Assembly: GCF_030028105.1 (NCBI RefSeq)
Contig: NC_092370.1
Coordinates: 94,446,969 to 94,510,968 of the forward strand
DNA length: 64,000 nt
Direction: 5' to 3'
From: Mobula birostris
Lineage: Eukaryota
Below the pieces are notes generated by a model. That model saw only the letters and a list, made by a program, of their open reading frames with translations. It was not told the DNA's origin and did no database searches. Made by a program: the position numbers and the translations under genes. Each line of letters starts with the position of its first letter. The stretch's first letter is position 1. This document shows, in pieces, positions 52,201 to 64,000 of the stretch.

Positions 52201-53548
52201 CCACTTGCTAATCTTTTCCTACTCAATCTACTGTATATCTTATTCCAGAATCCAAAATGACATCACAACATACCCTCCCTCCTATCTTACTTTAAGCACT
52301 GCTTCCTGCTTAATACTGTATAAACAGTAAATCATTGAGGGGCAAGAACTGATTACAGTATTAGGGCACTTCCTAGTTACAACTTTACAGCCTAAATGTT
52401 ACAGAACCTGCACCAGTTCACTCACGGTCTCTTAGAGAACAAAATCTACTATTCATTTCTGATCGAGCCTATGTGACAAAGATTGCTGTCTTTTGATTAG
52501 AGATTACGGCCACAGCATCATACCTGGCAATCTGTAATATTGCAACAAGATCATCCACCTTATTTCTTATACTACACACATTTAGATACACAGCTTGAGG
52601 ACCATATTTGCTATCCTTTCTGATTCTGCATCCCTGTTGGCTGCAATTAAGTCCCATCACCTGCCTGCCTTTCCTGACAATCTGACTGCACGCTACCTTT
52701 ACCTTTTTACCATCCATCCTATCCTGAGTACTTTCACTCCGGTTCCCAACTCCTACCGAGTTCTTCCAATATTTTGTGTGTGTTACAATGTAGTAATGAC
52801 CTGTTTTGAAATTGGTGAGGGCAGTACTGAGGGAGTGTTGTATTGCTGGAATATTCTTTCACATTAAGCATTAAATTGATACTCTACCAACCCCGCTAAG
52901 TGACCTTGAATAATTTTAGGCATTTCTCTGAAGAAAACTGAGCAGGTGTGTTATCCCCTAGGCTCTGGCCAAAATCGTCCTCATTCAGCATTACTAAAAC
53001 ATATTCCCAATTCTGTACTACATTCCTGTTTGAGTGAGTTTGTTGTGCATAAAATATAGAGTAAGAAACAATAACTACACTTTAAGAATGTGCCTTGAGT
53101 GTAAAGCGCCTCAGGATGATATGAAAGTACTTTATATGTGCAAGCCTTTCTGTTTTATCTTATTTTGTTTTCAAGCTTTAAGCAATGCAGCTAGTTCTTC
53201 AAAGTAATGGGGGAGATGTTCTGTTCTCAGGCCGGCAGGCATACTGTGAATTATCTACTGATCTTTCTCAGAGGAAGTCCTAATTTCCAGAGTTGGCCTG
53301 GGCTTGCAGGGTACCTTCCATCCTATACTAGTGACTCTGAGTGGTATCCAGAAGAGCCAGACAAACTGCAATGGGTTTCACAGCTCCCGGGTAGGAAATA
53401 GCTGTAAGTACAATCAGTCTGTTCAAATAAATGGAAGAAGTCAGCTACCGGGAGCTGTAAGTAGGGATTTTTTAAATATTTAATTGTTAGGGTTCGTTTT
53501 TAATATATGTGTGTTCTTTACAATCTTAAAGTAGTAAAGTGAAAAGTA

Positions 53549-53645
53549 AAAGTGGCAGGCAGGCAAATCCAGGGCAAAAATCTGTAGGTCCCTTGAAAAG
53601 TGGCCCTTTCTGATTTTTGCCTTGGATTTGCCTGCCTGCCACTTT
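53549..53645. repeat. 34-bp inverted repeat with a 29-bp spacer at the 5' end of a CR1 copy
   Basis: aaagtggcaggcaggcaaatccagggcaaaaatc (53549-53582) against gatttttgccttggatttgcctgcctgccacttt (53612-53645), one mismatch. Confidence 0.85.
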
Positions 53646-53689
53646 AACATAATTGTATAAGGGCTAAGAGTGTTGTAAAAGCAAGCCTG

Positions 53690-56567
53690 AAGGCTTTGTG
53701 TGGCAATGCAAGGAGCATTCGTAACAAGGTGGATGAATTGAATGTGCAGATAGTTATTAATGAATATGATACAGTTGGGATCATAGAGACATGGCTCCAG
53801 GGTGACCAAGGATGGGAGCTCAACATTCAAGGATATCCAATATTCAGGAGGGATAGACATGAAAGAAAAGGAGGTGGGGTAGCATTGCTGGTTAGAGAGG
53901 AGATTAACACATTAGAAAGGAAGGACGTTAGCCTGGAGGATGTGGGATCAATATGGGTAGAGCTGCATAACACTAAGGGGCAGAAAACGCTGGTGGGAGT
54001 TGTGTACAGGCCACCTAACTGTAGTAGTGAGGTTGGGGATGGCATTAAACAAGAAATTAGAAATGTGTGCAATAAAGGAACAGCAGTTATAATGGGTATC
54101 TTCAATCTACATATAGATTGGGTGAACCAAATTAGTAAGGGTGCTGAGGAAGAGGATTTCTTGGAATGTATGCGGGATGGTTTCCTGAACCAACATGTCA
54201 AGGAACCAACTAGACAGCAGGCCATTCTAGACTGAGTATTGAGCAATGAGGAAGGGTTAGTTAGCAATCTTGTCATGAGAGGCCCCTTGGTAAGAGTGAC
54301 CATAATATGGTGGAATTCTTCATTAAGATGGAGAGTGACATAGTTAATTCAGAAACAAAGGTTCTGAACTTATAGAAGGGTAACTTTGAAGGTATGAGAT
54401 ATGAATTAGCTAAGATAGACTGGCAAATGATACTTCAAGGGTTGACGGTGGATATGCAATAGCAAGGATTTAAAGATCCCATGGATGAACCACAACAATT
54501 GTTCATCCCAGTTTGGCAAAAGAATAAATCAGGGAAGGTAGTGCACCCGTGGCTGACAAGGGAAATTAGGGATAGTATCAATTTCAAAGAAGAAACATAC
54601 AAATTAGCCAGAAAAAGTGGCACACCTGAGGACTGGGAGAAATTCAGAGTCCAGCAGAAGAGGACAAAGGGCTTAATTAGGAAAGGGAAAAAAGATTATG
54701 AGAGAGAGCTGGCAGGGAATATAAAAACTGACTGTAAAAGCTTTTATAGATATGTGAAAAGAAAAAGATTGCTTTGACAAATGTAGGTCCCTTACAGTCA
54801 GAAACAGGTGAATTGATCATGGGGAACAAGGACATGGCAGACCAATTGAATAACTACTTTGGTTCTGCCTTCACTAAGGAGGACATAAATAATCTTCCGG
54901 AAATAGTAGGGGACCGAGGGGCTAGTGAGATGGAGGAACTGAGGGAAATACATGTTAGTAGGGAAGTGGTGTTAGGTAAATTGAAAGGGTTAAAGGCAGA
55001 TAAATCCCCAGGGCCAGATGGTCTGCATCCCAGAGTGCTTAAGGAAGTGGCCCAAGAAATAGTGGATGCATTAGTGATAATTTTTCAAAACTCTTTAGAT
55101 TCTGGACTAGTTCCTGAGGATTGGAGGGTGGCTTATGTAATCCCGCTTTTTAAAAAAGGAGGGAGAGAGTAATTGGGGAATTATAGACTGATTAGCCTAA
55201 CATCAGTGGTGGAGAAAATGCTAGAGTCAGTTATCAAAGATGTGATAACAGCACGTTTGGAAAGCGGTGAAATCATCGGACAAAGTCAGCATGGATTTGT
55301 GAAGGGAAAATCATGTCTGACGAATCCCATAGAATTTTTTGAGGATGTAACTAGTAGAGTGGATAGGGGAGAACCAGTGGATGTGGTATATTTGGATTTT
55401 CAAAAGGCTTTTGACAAGGTCCCACACAGGAGATTAGTGTGCAAACTTAAAGCACACGGTATTGGGGGTATGGTATTGTTGTGGATAGAGAATTGGTTGG
55501 CAGACAGGAAGCAAAGAGTGGGAATAAATGGGACCTTTTCAGAATGGCAGGCAGTGACTAGTGGGGTACCGCAAGGCTCAGTGCTGGGACCTCAATTGTT
55601 TACAATATATATTAATGACTTAGGCGAGGGAATTAAATGCAGCATCTCCAAGTTTGCGGATGACACGAAGCTGGGTGGCAGTGTTAGCTGTGAGGAGGAT
55701 GCTAAGAGGATGCAGGGTGACTTGGATAGGTTAAGTGAGTCGGAAAATTCATGGCAGATGCAACTTAATGTGGATAAATGTCAGGTTATCCACTTTGGTG
55801 TGAAGAACAGGAAAACAGATTATTACCTGAATGGTGGCCGATTAGGAAAAGGGGAGGTGCAACGAGACCTGGGTGCCATTGTACACCAGTCATTGAAAGT
55901 GGGCATGCTGATACAGCAGGCGGTGAAAAAGGCGAATGGTATGCTGGCATTCATAGCGAGAGGATTCGAGTACAGGAGCAGGGAGGTTCTACTGCAGTTG
56001 TACAAGGCCGTGGTGAGACCACACCTGGAGTATTGTGTGCAGTTTTGGTCCCCTAATCTGAGGAAAGACATTCTTGCCATAGAGGGAGTACAAAGAAGGT
56101 TCACCAGATTGATTCCTGGGATGGCAGGACTTTCATATGAAGAAAGACTGGATCGACTAGGCTCATACTCGCTGGAATTTAGAAGATTGAGGGGGGATCT
56201 TATTGAAACATATAAAATTCTAAAGGGATTGGACAGGCTAGATGCAGGAAGATTTTTCCCGATGGTGGGGAAATCCAGAACGAGGGGTCACAGTTTGAGG
56301 ATAAAGGGGAAGCCTTTTAGGACCGAGATGAGGAAAAATTTCTTCACACAGAGAGTGGTGAATCTGTGGAATTCTCTGCCACAGGAAACAGTTGAGGCCT
56401 GTTGATTGGCTATATTTAAGAGGGAGTTAGATATGGCCCTTGTGGCTAAAAGGATCAGGGTGTATGGAGAGAAGGCAGGTACAGGGTGCTGAGTTGGATG
56501 ATCAGCCATGATCATACTGAATGGCGGTGCAGGCTGAATTGCCTACTCCTGCACCTATTTTCTATGT
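53690..56567 (+). mobile_element. CR1 LINE with near-complete ORF2 (APE endonuclease and RT), few stops/frameshifts
   Basis: ORFs 53696-54235 (NARSIRNK..ETW..GVVYRPP..G.FN), 54481-55172 and 55173-56405 (YLDFQKAFDKV, PQGSVLGP, FADD, RTRGH); CR1 3' tail cctactcctgcacctattttctatgt. Confidence 0.95.
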
Positions 56568-57749
56568 AAACCTATGTTCTGTAATAGCTAACACTGGCCA
56601 TCTACCCTTTCTGTGCCCCTCATAATTTTTATAAACTTCTCTTAGGTCTCCCATGAACCTCCAATGCACCAGAGAAAATAATCCAAGTTTGTTCAACCTC
56701 TCCTCATAGCTCATACATTCTAATCCAGGCAGCATCCTGGTAAAGCTCTTGTGCACTCCCTCCAAAATCTCTATACCCTTCCTGTAATGGGTGTCCAGAA
56801 ATACACCAAGAGTGGCTTAACGAAAGTTTGATACAACTGTAATATGGCTTCCTGATTCCCATGCTCACTGTGCATACCACCCTTACCAATCTATTAACTT
56901 GTGCAGCCGTTGTCAGAGAGCTATGGAAATGGAACCCAAGATCCTTCTGTACATCAATGTTGTTAAGGATCCTGCCAGGAGCTCTATACCTCCCCTTAAA
57001 CCTGACCTCAGAAAGTGTAACACCTTACACTTTCCCAGATTAATCTTCATCTCTCTGCGACATCTGTAATTGATCTATCTCCTAATGTATCCTTTGATGA
57101 TCTTCTTCACTTTCTATAATGCCACCAATATTTATGTTGTCTGAAAACTTACTGACCAACCCATCTACATTTTTCTCCACGTCACTATATAGATAATCCT
57201 TCATGTTCAACAAAATTGAGTGCTTTGAGTAGGAAGGGCACAGAATATAACCTGGTCAAGGGACTTAGTCCCTGCCCTAATGCACTGGCTGCCAGTCTAG
57301 AATCCTGATGAAGGACCTTGGCCCAAACGTCAACTGTTTATTCATTTCCATAGAGGCTATCCAACCTGCTGAGTTCCTCAGTATCTTGCGTGTGTTGTTC
57401 TGGATTTCCTGCATCTGCCGAATCTTTTGTGTTTATGTCAGTCAGTCTGTATGAGATAGTAAGCAAAACCATATGAGTGAGAAATATACTCAACTCAGCT
57501 CGGCGCTTCACAAAAAAACAGCCTCTCCTCCGTGGACTCTTGATATACTTCTATCTGGCTTGGTAAAGCAGCCAGCATAATCAAAGATCCCACCCACCCC
57601 GGACATTTTCTCTTCTTCCCTCTCCCATGGGGCCGACAATAGATAAAACAAGGGGAGTATCTCTGATATTTGAGACCAAATGTAGCATTTAAAATTAGAC
57701 TGTGTTTCTATGTCTACCTATTAAATGTTGCTAGCAGCAAGGTTGCGAT

Positions 57750-60160
57750 AAATAACTGAGCAATAAATACTGAAAACATGAGATGAAGACTCATTGAATC
57801 CATAGATTGTGGAAACGCTTCAATGATGGGGCAAGCGAAATTGAGTGAAGTTATCCCCTCTGGTTCAAAAGCCTGATGGTTGAGGGGTAGTAACTGTTCC
57901 TGAACCTGGTGCTGTGAGTCCTGAGGCTCTGGTACCTTCCTTCTGACGGCAGCAGCAAGAAAGGAGCATGGCCTGAATGATGGGCTTCCCTGATGATGGA
58001 TGCTGCTTTCCTGAGACAATGCTTTATACGGCATGTGCTCAATGGTGGGGAGGGTTTTACCCGTGTAATCCAACGGGCCATATCTACTATTTTTTGTAGG
58101 ATTTTCCATTCAAGGGAAATGGTGTTTCGAAACTAGGCTGTGATACAGCCAGTCATATACTCTCCATTATAGAAGTTTGTCAATGTTTTAGATGTCATGC
58201 AAAATCTTCACAAAATTCTAAAGAAATAAAGGCACTGCTGTGCTTTCTTCGTAATTGCACTTATGTGCCAGGCCCAGAACTGTTCATCCAAAATAGCTGC
58301 ACTGAGAAATTTAAAGTTGCTGACCCTCTCTACCTCTGATCCTCCGATGAGGACTGGTTTCTTCCTCCTGAAGTCAATAATCAGCTCCTTGGTCTTTCTA
58401 ACATTAAGTAAGGGATTTTTGTTATGGCACCACTCCAGATTTTCAATCTCTCTCCTATACTGAGTCATCATCACCATTGATTTGGCCTAAGAGAGTGGTG
58501 TTGTCAGCAAACTTTAATATGGCATTGGAGTGTAAATGTGTAGAGCAAAGGGCTAAGACACAGCTTTGTGATGCACCTATGCTGATGGAGATTGTGGAGA
58601 TGTTCTTGCCAGTCCAAAATGACTGGGGTCTGCAAGTGAGGAAATCATAAACAAGAGAAAATCTGCAGATGCTAGAGAACTCAACAGGCTAGGCAGCATC
58701 TAGGAAAAGAGTACAGCTGACGTTTTGGGCCAAAACCTTTTGGAAACATCGACTGTACTCTTTTCCTAGATGCTGCCTGGCTGCTGAGTTCCTCCAGAAT
58801 TTTGTGTGTGTTGTTAAATCGAGGATACAATTGTACAAGGAAGTATTGAGGCCAAGGTCTTGAAGTGTATTGATTAGTTTTGAGGGGATGATGGTATTGA
58901 ATGCTGAACTGTAGTCAATAAAGAGTAATCCTGATGTTCCAGGATTGAGTGAAGAGTGAAGAGTAAATTAGATTATGAGGACACTCAGTCTTTGTCTGTT
59001 GTCATTTAGAAATGCATGCATTAAAAAATGATACAACGTTCCTCCAGAATGATATCACAAGGAAACACAGGATAAACCAAGACTAAAACTGACAAACCCA
59101 CATAATTATAACATATAGTTACAACAGTGCAAAGCAATACCATAATTTGATAAAGAGCAGACCATGGGCATGGTAAAAAAAAAGTCTCAAAGTCCCGATA
59201 GACTCATCATCTCACGCAGACGGTAGAAGGGAGGAACTCTCCTGCCATGAACCTTCAAGCACTGCCAACTTGCCGATGCAGCACCATTGGAAGCACCAAA
59301 CCGCAGCGGACTCTGAGTCTGTCCGAAAACTTTGAGCCTCTGACCAGCCCCTCCGACACAGCCTTTCCGAGCTCCATCCTCTGCTGAGTGCTTTGAGCCC
59401 GCCCCGGCCGTCGAGCAGCAAGCAAAGCGGAGGACTCAGGGCCTTCCCCTCCAGGGATTCTGGACCACACAGTAGCAGATGAGATGGCATTTGTTGTGGA
59501 TCTGTTGCTCTGGTAGACAAGTTGCTTTTCAGTCAGGAGTTGAACATGTTTCGTCACCAGCCTCTCAAAATGCTACTTCACAGTGGATGTAAGTACTACT
59601 GGACGACTTTCATTGAGGCAGGCACCAGTTCATTGAGAACTGGTGCCCACGTTCTTCTTAGGCACCAGTGTAACTGAAGCCTGCTTGAAGAAAGTAGTCA
59701 CCTCTGACTGCCGCAGTAAGACATTATAGATCTCAATGAACACTCCAGCCAGTTGATCAGTACTTGGTCAGGTACCTCGTCTGGGTCAGACTCATTCTGT
59801 GGGCTCACCCATCTGAAGGCTGCTGCGCAAACGCCTGAAAGACTGAAATCACAGGATCATCTGGAAGTGTGAGTGTTTGTGATAGCTCCTCCATGTTTTG
59901 ACGCTCAAAGTGAGTATAGAAGGCATTGAGCTCATCTGGAAGCGAAGCCCTGTAGTTGTCTGTATTACTTGATTAAACTTTATAAGCAGTAATAGCATTC
60001 ATCCCCTGCCACAACTGTTGAACATGTTTTGTTGATTCGAGTTTAGCCCAGAATTGCCACTTTGCCCATGAGATGGCTTTTCAGAGATCGTACCTGGACC
60101 TCTTGTAACTTTCCTGGTCACCAGACTTGAATGCCTCTGATCTGACCCACCTGTAGACTA
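57750..60160 (-). mobile_element. Rex1-type LINE remnant interrupted by smaller repeats
   Basis: ORFs 57851-58081 and 58208-58477 (LNVRKTKELIIDFRR..VERVSNFKFL); further degenerate RT/EN sequence to about 60150. Confidence 0.7.
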
Positions 60161-60880
60161 CATGCAGATTTTTGCAAAGTTTTTGCCTGTGTTTGGTTTC
60201 TTCAGTGTAGAGGAAACCACTTTGTGGATCACATTTTGAACACTAGGTTGGGAGATTTGTTGTTTCACCTACAAAGAAATATGGACTCTCTAGAAGGGGA
60301 TAAGGAAGAGATGTTGTTATTTACAGGGACATAGTTGATGGAGAGCAGGACTGATGGAGAATGGACGTGAAAGCACAGAGGAACATCTGGAGAAATTTCT
60401 GAAACGCCCGTTCGCTGCTGTTGTTACTGTGTGGTCGGGAATATTTCAGAGGGTAGGCTTCAAAATCCCCGGCCTTGCCTGCTTTTGGCGACGGAGATGG
60501 AGGTCGAATCGTTCGGACAGAGATGGCGCTCAGTACTCGGTGTCGGAGAGCTGATCAGAGCTTGAAGTTTTTGGATGACTCAGGGTCAGATTGTGGTCGG
60601 CACGGCAGGGAGAGTTTTTCTTCCTTCTCCCGTCTGCGTGAGATGTGGGACATTTGAGAAACTTTGAACTTTACTGTGCTCACGGACTTCTTCATCAAGT
60701 TATGGTATTGTTACACCGTTTGTAACTGTATGTTAGAATTATGTGGTTTTGTCAGTTTTTTCAGTCTTGGTTTGTCCTGCGTTTTGTGATATCACACCGG
60801 AGGAAATAATGTATCATTTCTTAATGCATGCATTACTAAATGACAATAAAGGAGGACTACGTGTATTCATAATCATAATA
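58968..60880. repeat. Two oppositely oriented copies (about 58968-59471 and 60330-60880) of one non-autonomous retro-repeat
   Basis: gtcatttag.aatgcatgcattaa.aaatgataca...gatatcacaa at 59000-59060 is the reverse complement of 60785-60845. Confidence 0.65.
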
Positions 60881-62004
60881 ACTCAGCATTCCATGTTATA
60901 GAATCTCCAGGCCTGACAATGGGGGCACATAAAAGAGAATGTGGCACTGTCATTTACAACTGAAATGAGGCCGTGTGGGTAGAACTTAGCAGTAAAAAGG
61001 GGATGATTACGTGCCTTCTAGTAGTCGGGCAAAGTGACAGCAGATATGCGGACAAGTCACAGAGGTGTGCCAACAATAGAAATATAGCAGCAGGGAATTT
61101 CAACTTCCCCAGTATTAACAAGGATTACTGTAGTTTGACAGCTGCAAGCAGGAGAGATTTCTGAGCTGGTGTGTAGATAGTAGACTTAAGATAGTAGATA
61201 ATAGACCTAATTTTAGGGAATGTAGACATGAAAGTGGATGACTAGCTAGTTGGATAGTGAGCATACATTTAGAGGTAGTTATGGAAAGGGATATGCATGG
61301 CCCAGTTCCTGGATTGAGGGAATGCTGATTTTGAAATAAAGTAAAATCTGGTAGAAGTATAATAAAAAAATTGCTAGAGGAAATCAGTGTGTCAGGCAGC
61401 ATCCGAGGAGGGAAACAGACAGTTGATATTTCAGGTGGAAATCTGGCACCTGGATTGAAAGTGTAAGGGGACATAGCCAGTGAGGTGAGGGGAAGGGGTG
61501 AAACAAGAGCTGGCAGGTGACAGGTGGATCCAGGTGAAACAGTGTAATAAGCATTCTGAGGACAGAAGGGCAAAACAAGTCCTTGTCCGATGTATGGGTA
61601 CCCTTTACATTTCCCTGCTTATCATCCCTCTTCACCTGAATCCCGCTGTCAGTCGCCAGCTCTTTTTCCCTACTCCTTCCCATCGCCACTTTATAATGAC
61701 TATCCCCCTTTGCTCTTTCAGTCCAGGTGAAGGGTCTCGATTGTTCTTTTCCCTCCACCTGACCCAGTGAGTTCATCTAGTAGTTGGCTTTTTACCCCAG
61801 ATTCTACCATCTACAGTCTCTTTTTATCTCCTGGTAAAAGTAAGCTGGAAGAGACAGGCCTACATCAGACAAGTGGGAGTCATTTAACTGTGAAATAATG
61901 GACTCACAAAAGGCTGACAGGTGTCAAGGAATATTGAGTTTTTCCAGAGCAAAATTAATACATTGCCAGTTTCTTCAAAAACAGTGTTAACTTGTTTTAA
62001 ACAA

Positions 62005-62300
62005 TTTTTTCCCGGGGCTGAAACGGCTAGCATGAGAGGGCACAGCTTTAAGGTGCTTGGAGGTAGGTACAGAGGAGATATCAGGGGAAAGTTTTTTACG
62101 CAGAGATTGGTGAGTGTGTGGAATGGGCTGCCAGCGACGGTGGTGGAGACGAATCTGATAGGGTCTTTTAAGAGACTCCTGGACAGGTATATGGAGCTTT
62201 GGGTAACCCTAGTTAATGTATCAGGTAAGGACATGTTTGGCACAGCTTTGTGGGCCAAAAGGCCTGTATTGTGCTGTAGGTTTTCTATGTTTTTATGTTT
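62005..62300 (+). mobile_element. CR1 3' fragment
   Basis: RGHSFKVLGGRYRGDIRGKFFTQRLVSVWNGLP; same family as 51058-51330(-). Confidence 0.75.
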
Positions 62301-62696
62301 TATTTTATTTATCTTATGGTACTAAGATATTTACATCTTGATGAATACAAAATATGGTTCTTCAGACCGTACACGGTACGATTACATCACTCACCAAAGG
62401 CATTACAAGTTTTGTCCATATATGGCATGACGTTGGTATAAAGACACTGAAATCCATTGTGTATTGATCAAACTCACCAATAAAATGATATGATCAATGT
62501 ATCAGTGTATTCACCTTATAAGGTGCCATTTACATCTCTATGAATACAAAATATGGCTTCAGACCAAACATGGTATGATTATGTCACTCAACAATGGTGC
62601 TTGCAGGCATTAAAAGCTGCCTACGGGAGCTAACATTCAATTGAAAATCTCTAATCAGTGAGATAGTGTACAAGACAATTTGCTAATCAAGAGGAC

Positions 62697-62963
62697 ATGA
62701 CCAAGTCACGATATCGTACCAGACGCAGCCGACCACGTAACCGATATGGTAGGCGGCTGCGTAAATCAAAGGGTCGAAGGAGAGGGCGGCGAGTCAGCCG
62801 CAGACCTCGCCATGCCTCCTACAGGAGAAAGGTACAGAAGAGTGTGCATCAAAAACGCCGCAGCAGACTCCGAGATGAAATTGAAAATTTGAAAGTAAAG
62901 AACAACAGACGTCTTAATGAATCGCTTAAGCAGCATAGAATGCCCATGAGGGTGCCTGTCTGA
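62697..62963 (+). CDS. Spermatid-specific intermediate (transition-like) basic protein S1, 88 aa
   Basis: MTKSRYRTRRSRPRNRYGRRLRKSKGRRRGRRVSRRPRH...RDEIENLKVKNNRRLNESLKQHRMPMRVPV; the N-terminal TKSRYR and C-terminal DEI.NLKVKNNRRLNESLKQHR.PMRVPV match catshark S1 as I recall it; intronless, AATAAA at 62997. Confidence 0.9.
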   Translation: MTKSRYRTRRSRPRNRYGRRLRKSKGRRRGRRVSRRPRHASYRRKVQKSVHQKRRSRLRDEIENLKVKNNRRLNESLKQHRMPMRVPV

Positions 62964-62996
62964 ATGCCATGATGAAAAGAGTATCACTTGATATTG

Positions 62997-63002
62997 AATA
63001 AA
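62997..63002 (+). terminator. Poly(A) signal of the S1-like gene
   Basis: AATAAA 34 bp after TGA. Confidence 0.75.
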
Positions 63003-63559
63003 AAACAAGTACTTGAGACTTGGAAAACAAAATCTTCCTGTTTCGTTTTACATTTTTCTCAACCTATTAGAAATAGTGAATCAAAAAATTAATCTCAAAG
63101 ACATAATTAAATCTTGTATTAAAAAGGTTCCATCTGCAAAAGAAAGCTACCCTGCAGACCTCTGGCAGTATTCAGTAGTGGTGTCTTATGGCTATGAATG
63201 ATCCTTGGTTCTGATAAATGTACTTTGCAAGAACATCAGGCTGTAGTTGTGCCCAAGTCTGAAATTTAAGGCATTTTGCAACTATGACCTTTGGAGGGTA
63301 TCAAAGTCAAAAGCAGGGTGCAATGGGTGATTGTGACATTTTGACTTATAAATAAGATTTTGGATGAGTGAGTGCCAAGAGGTCACAAGTTAACTGTGAA
63401 TGACAGATAGGGCAGGAGCAGACACAGGCAGCAAATTGGACTGGAGATGGAGGATGAAGGGAGAAGGTCTTTGATGGGTTGTCATGATTTCTTGCGATCA
63501 ATTATTTACCATTCTTTATGCCATAACAGATTGAGTGCATCATGGCATCATCAGAACCA

Positions 63560-63917
63560 GAGCGAAAAACAGAAATAATATAAATAATATAACATAAAAA
63601 GAAAAAAAGTGAAGTAGTGTTCTTGGGTTCAATGACCACTTAGGAATCGTATGGCAGAGGGGAAGAAGCTGTTCCTGAATCACAGTGTGTGCGTTCAGGC
63701 TTCTTTACCTCCTTCCTGATGGTAGCAATGAGGAGAGGGCATGTCCCGGGTGATCAGGATCCTTAATAATGGACACTGCCTTTCTGAGGCACCGATCCTT
63801 GAAAATGTCTTGGATATTTTGGAGGCTAAACCCATGATGGAGCTGACTAATTTTACAACTTTCTGTAGCTTCTTTTGATCCTGTGCAATCGACCCCTCCC
63901 CCAATACCAGACACCAT
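63560..63917 (-). mobile_element. Rex1-type LINE 3' fragment
   Basis: CLRKAVSIIKDPDHPGHALSSLLPSGRR. Confidence 0.7.
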
Positions 63918-64000
63918 GTAGGTAACCGTGGTATTTATTACCTGTCCTTATGTTTGTCCTTTTCACTTGGGTGGTTTTATAAAAGATGGACTCCTATTTA

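Larger units (their letters stand above)
47010..52750 (-). mobile_element. Long CR1 LINE (EN and RT), degenerate and interrupted by nested insertions
   Basis: Collinear ORF2 pieces: EN 52469-52717 (YLNVCSIRNKVDDL), 50301-50645, 49480-50029, RT 48892-49131 (KFADDTK), 48418-48852, 48203-48421. Confidence 0.85.

Noticed and set aside
53207-53401. Candidate missing TRPN1 upstream exon (minus strand tag|GAT GGA AGG near 53324)
   Set aside because: Reads DGRYPASPGQLWKLGLPLRKISR then stop, with no ankyrin motif
55173-56405. 410-aa RT ORF as an active retroelement or novel RT system
   Set aside because: Ordinary CR1 ORF2; the upstream part has stops and frameshifts and ORF1 is missing
29470-64000. 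Search for protamine Z3, Z4 and protein S2 genes
   Set aside because: No matching Arg/Gly-, Lys/Cys- or S2-like ORF seen by eye; they may lie outside the window or have been missed

Overview
Repeat-dense vertebrate genomic DNA, most likely a cartilaginous fish (shark/ray; inferred from the protamine types and the CR1/Rex1/Penelope/SINE landscape). Seven phase-0, GT-AG exons on the minus strand (29469 down to 74) splice into a stop-free 274-aa ankyrin-repeat segment of the mechanosensory channel TRPN1/NompC. I could not find the more N-terminal ankyrin exons in 29.5-64 kb, so that stretch is probably one very long TRPN1 intron. On its + strand lies a cluster of small, intronless sperm-chromatin genes, most of them below the ORF-track cut-off: a scylliorhinine Z1-like Cys/Arg protamine (33327-33491), a truncated 205-bp duplicate of a Z2-like gene (44673-44789), the complete Z2-like protamine (46097-46228) and a spermatid-specific intermediate protein S1-like gene (62697-62963). 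The three complete genes each have a TATA-like box and AATAAA, and they share a motif around the poly(A) signal. The rest is transposon-derived: a two-LTR Gypsy with PNMA-like gag interrupted by a hAT fragment, a chromodomain Gypsy remnant, a solo LTR, CR1, Rex1/Babar, L2-like and Penelope fragments, Tc1 and hAT elements, and SINEs. Protein identifications come from my recall of known sequences, not from database searches.
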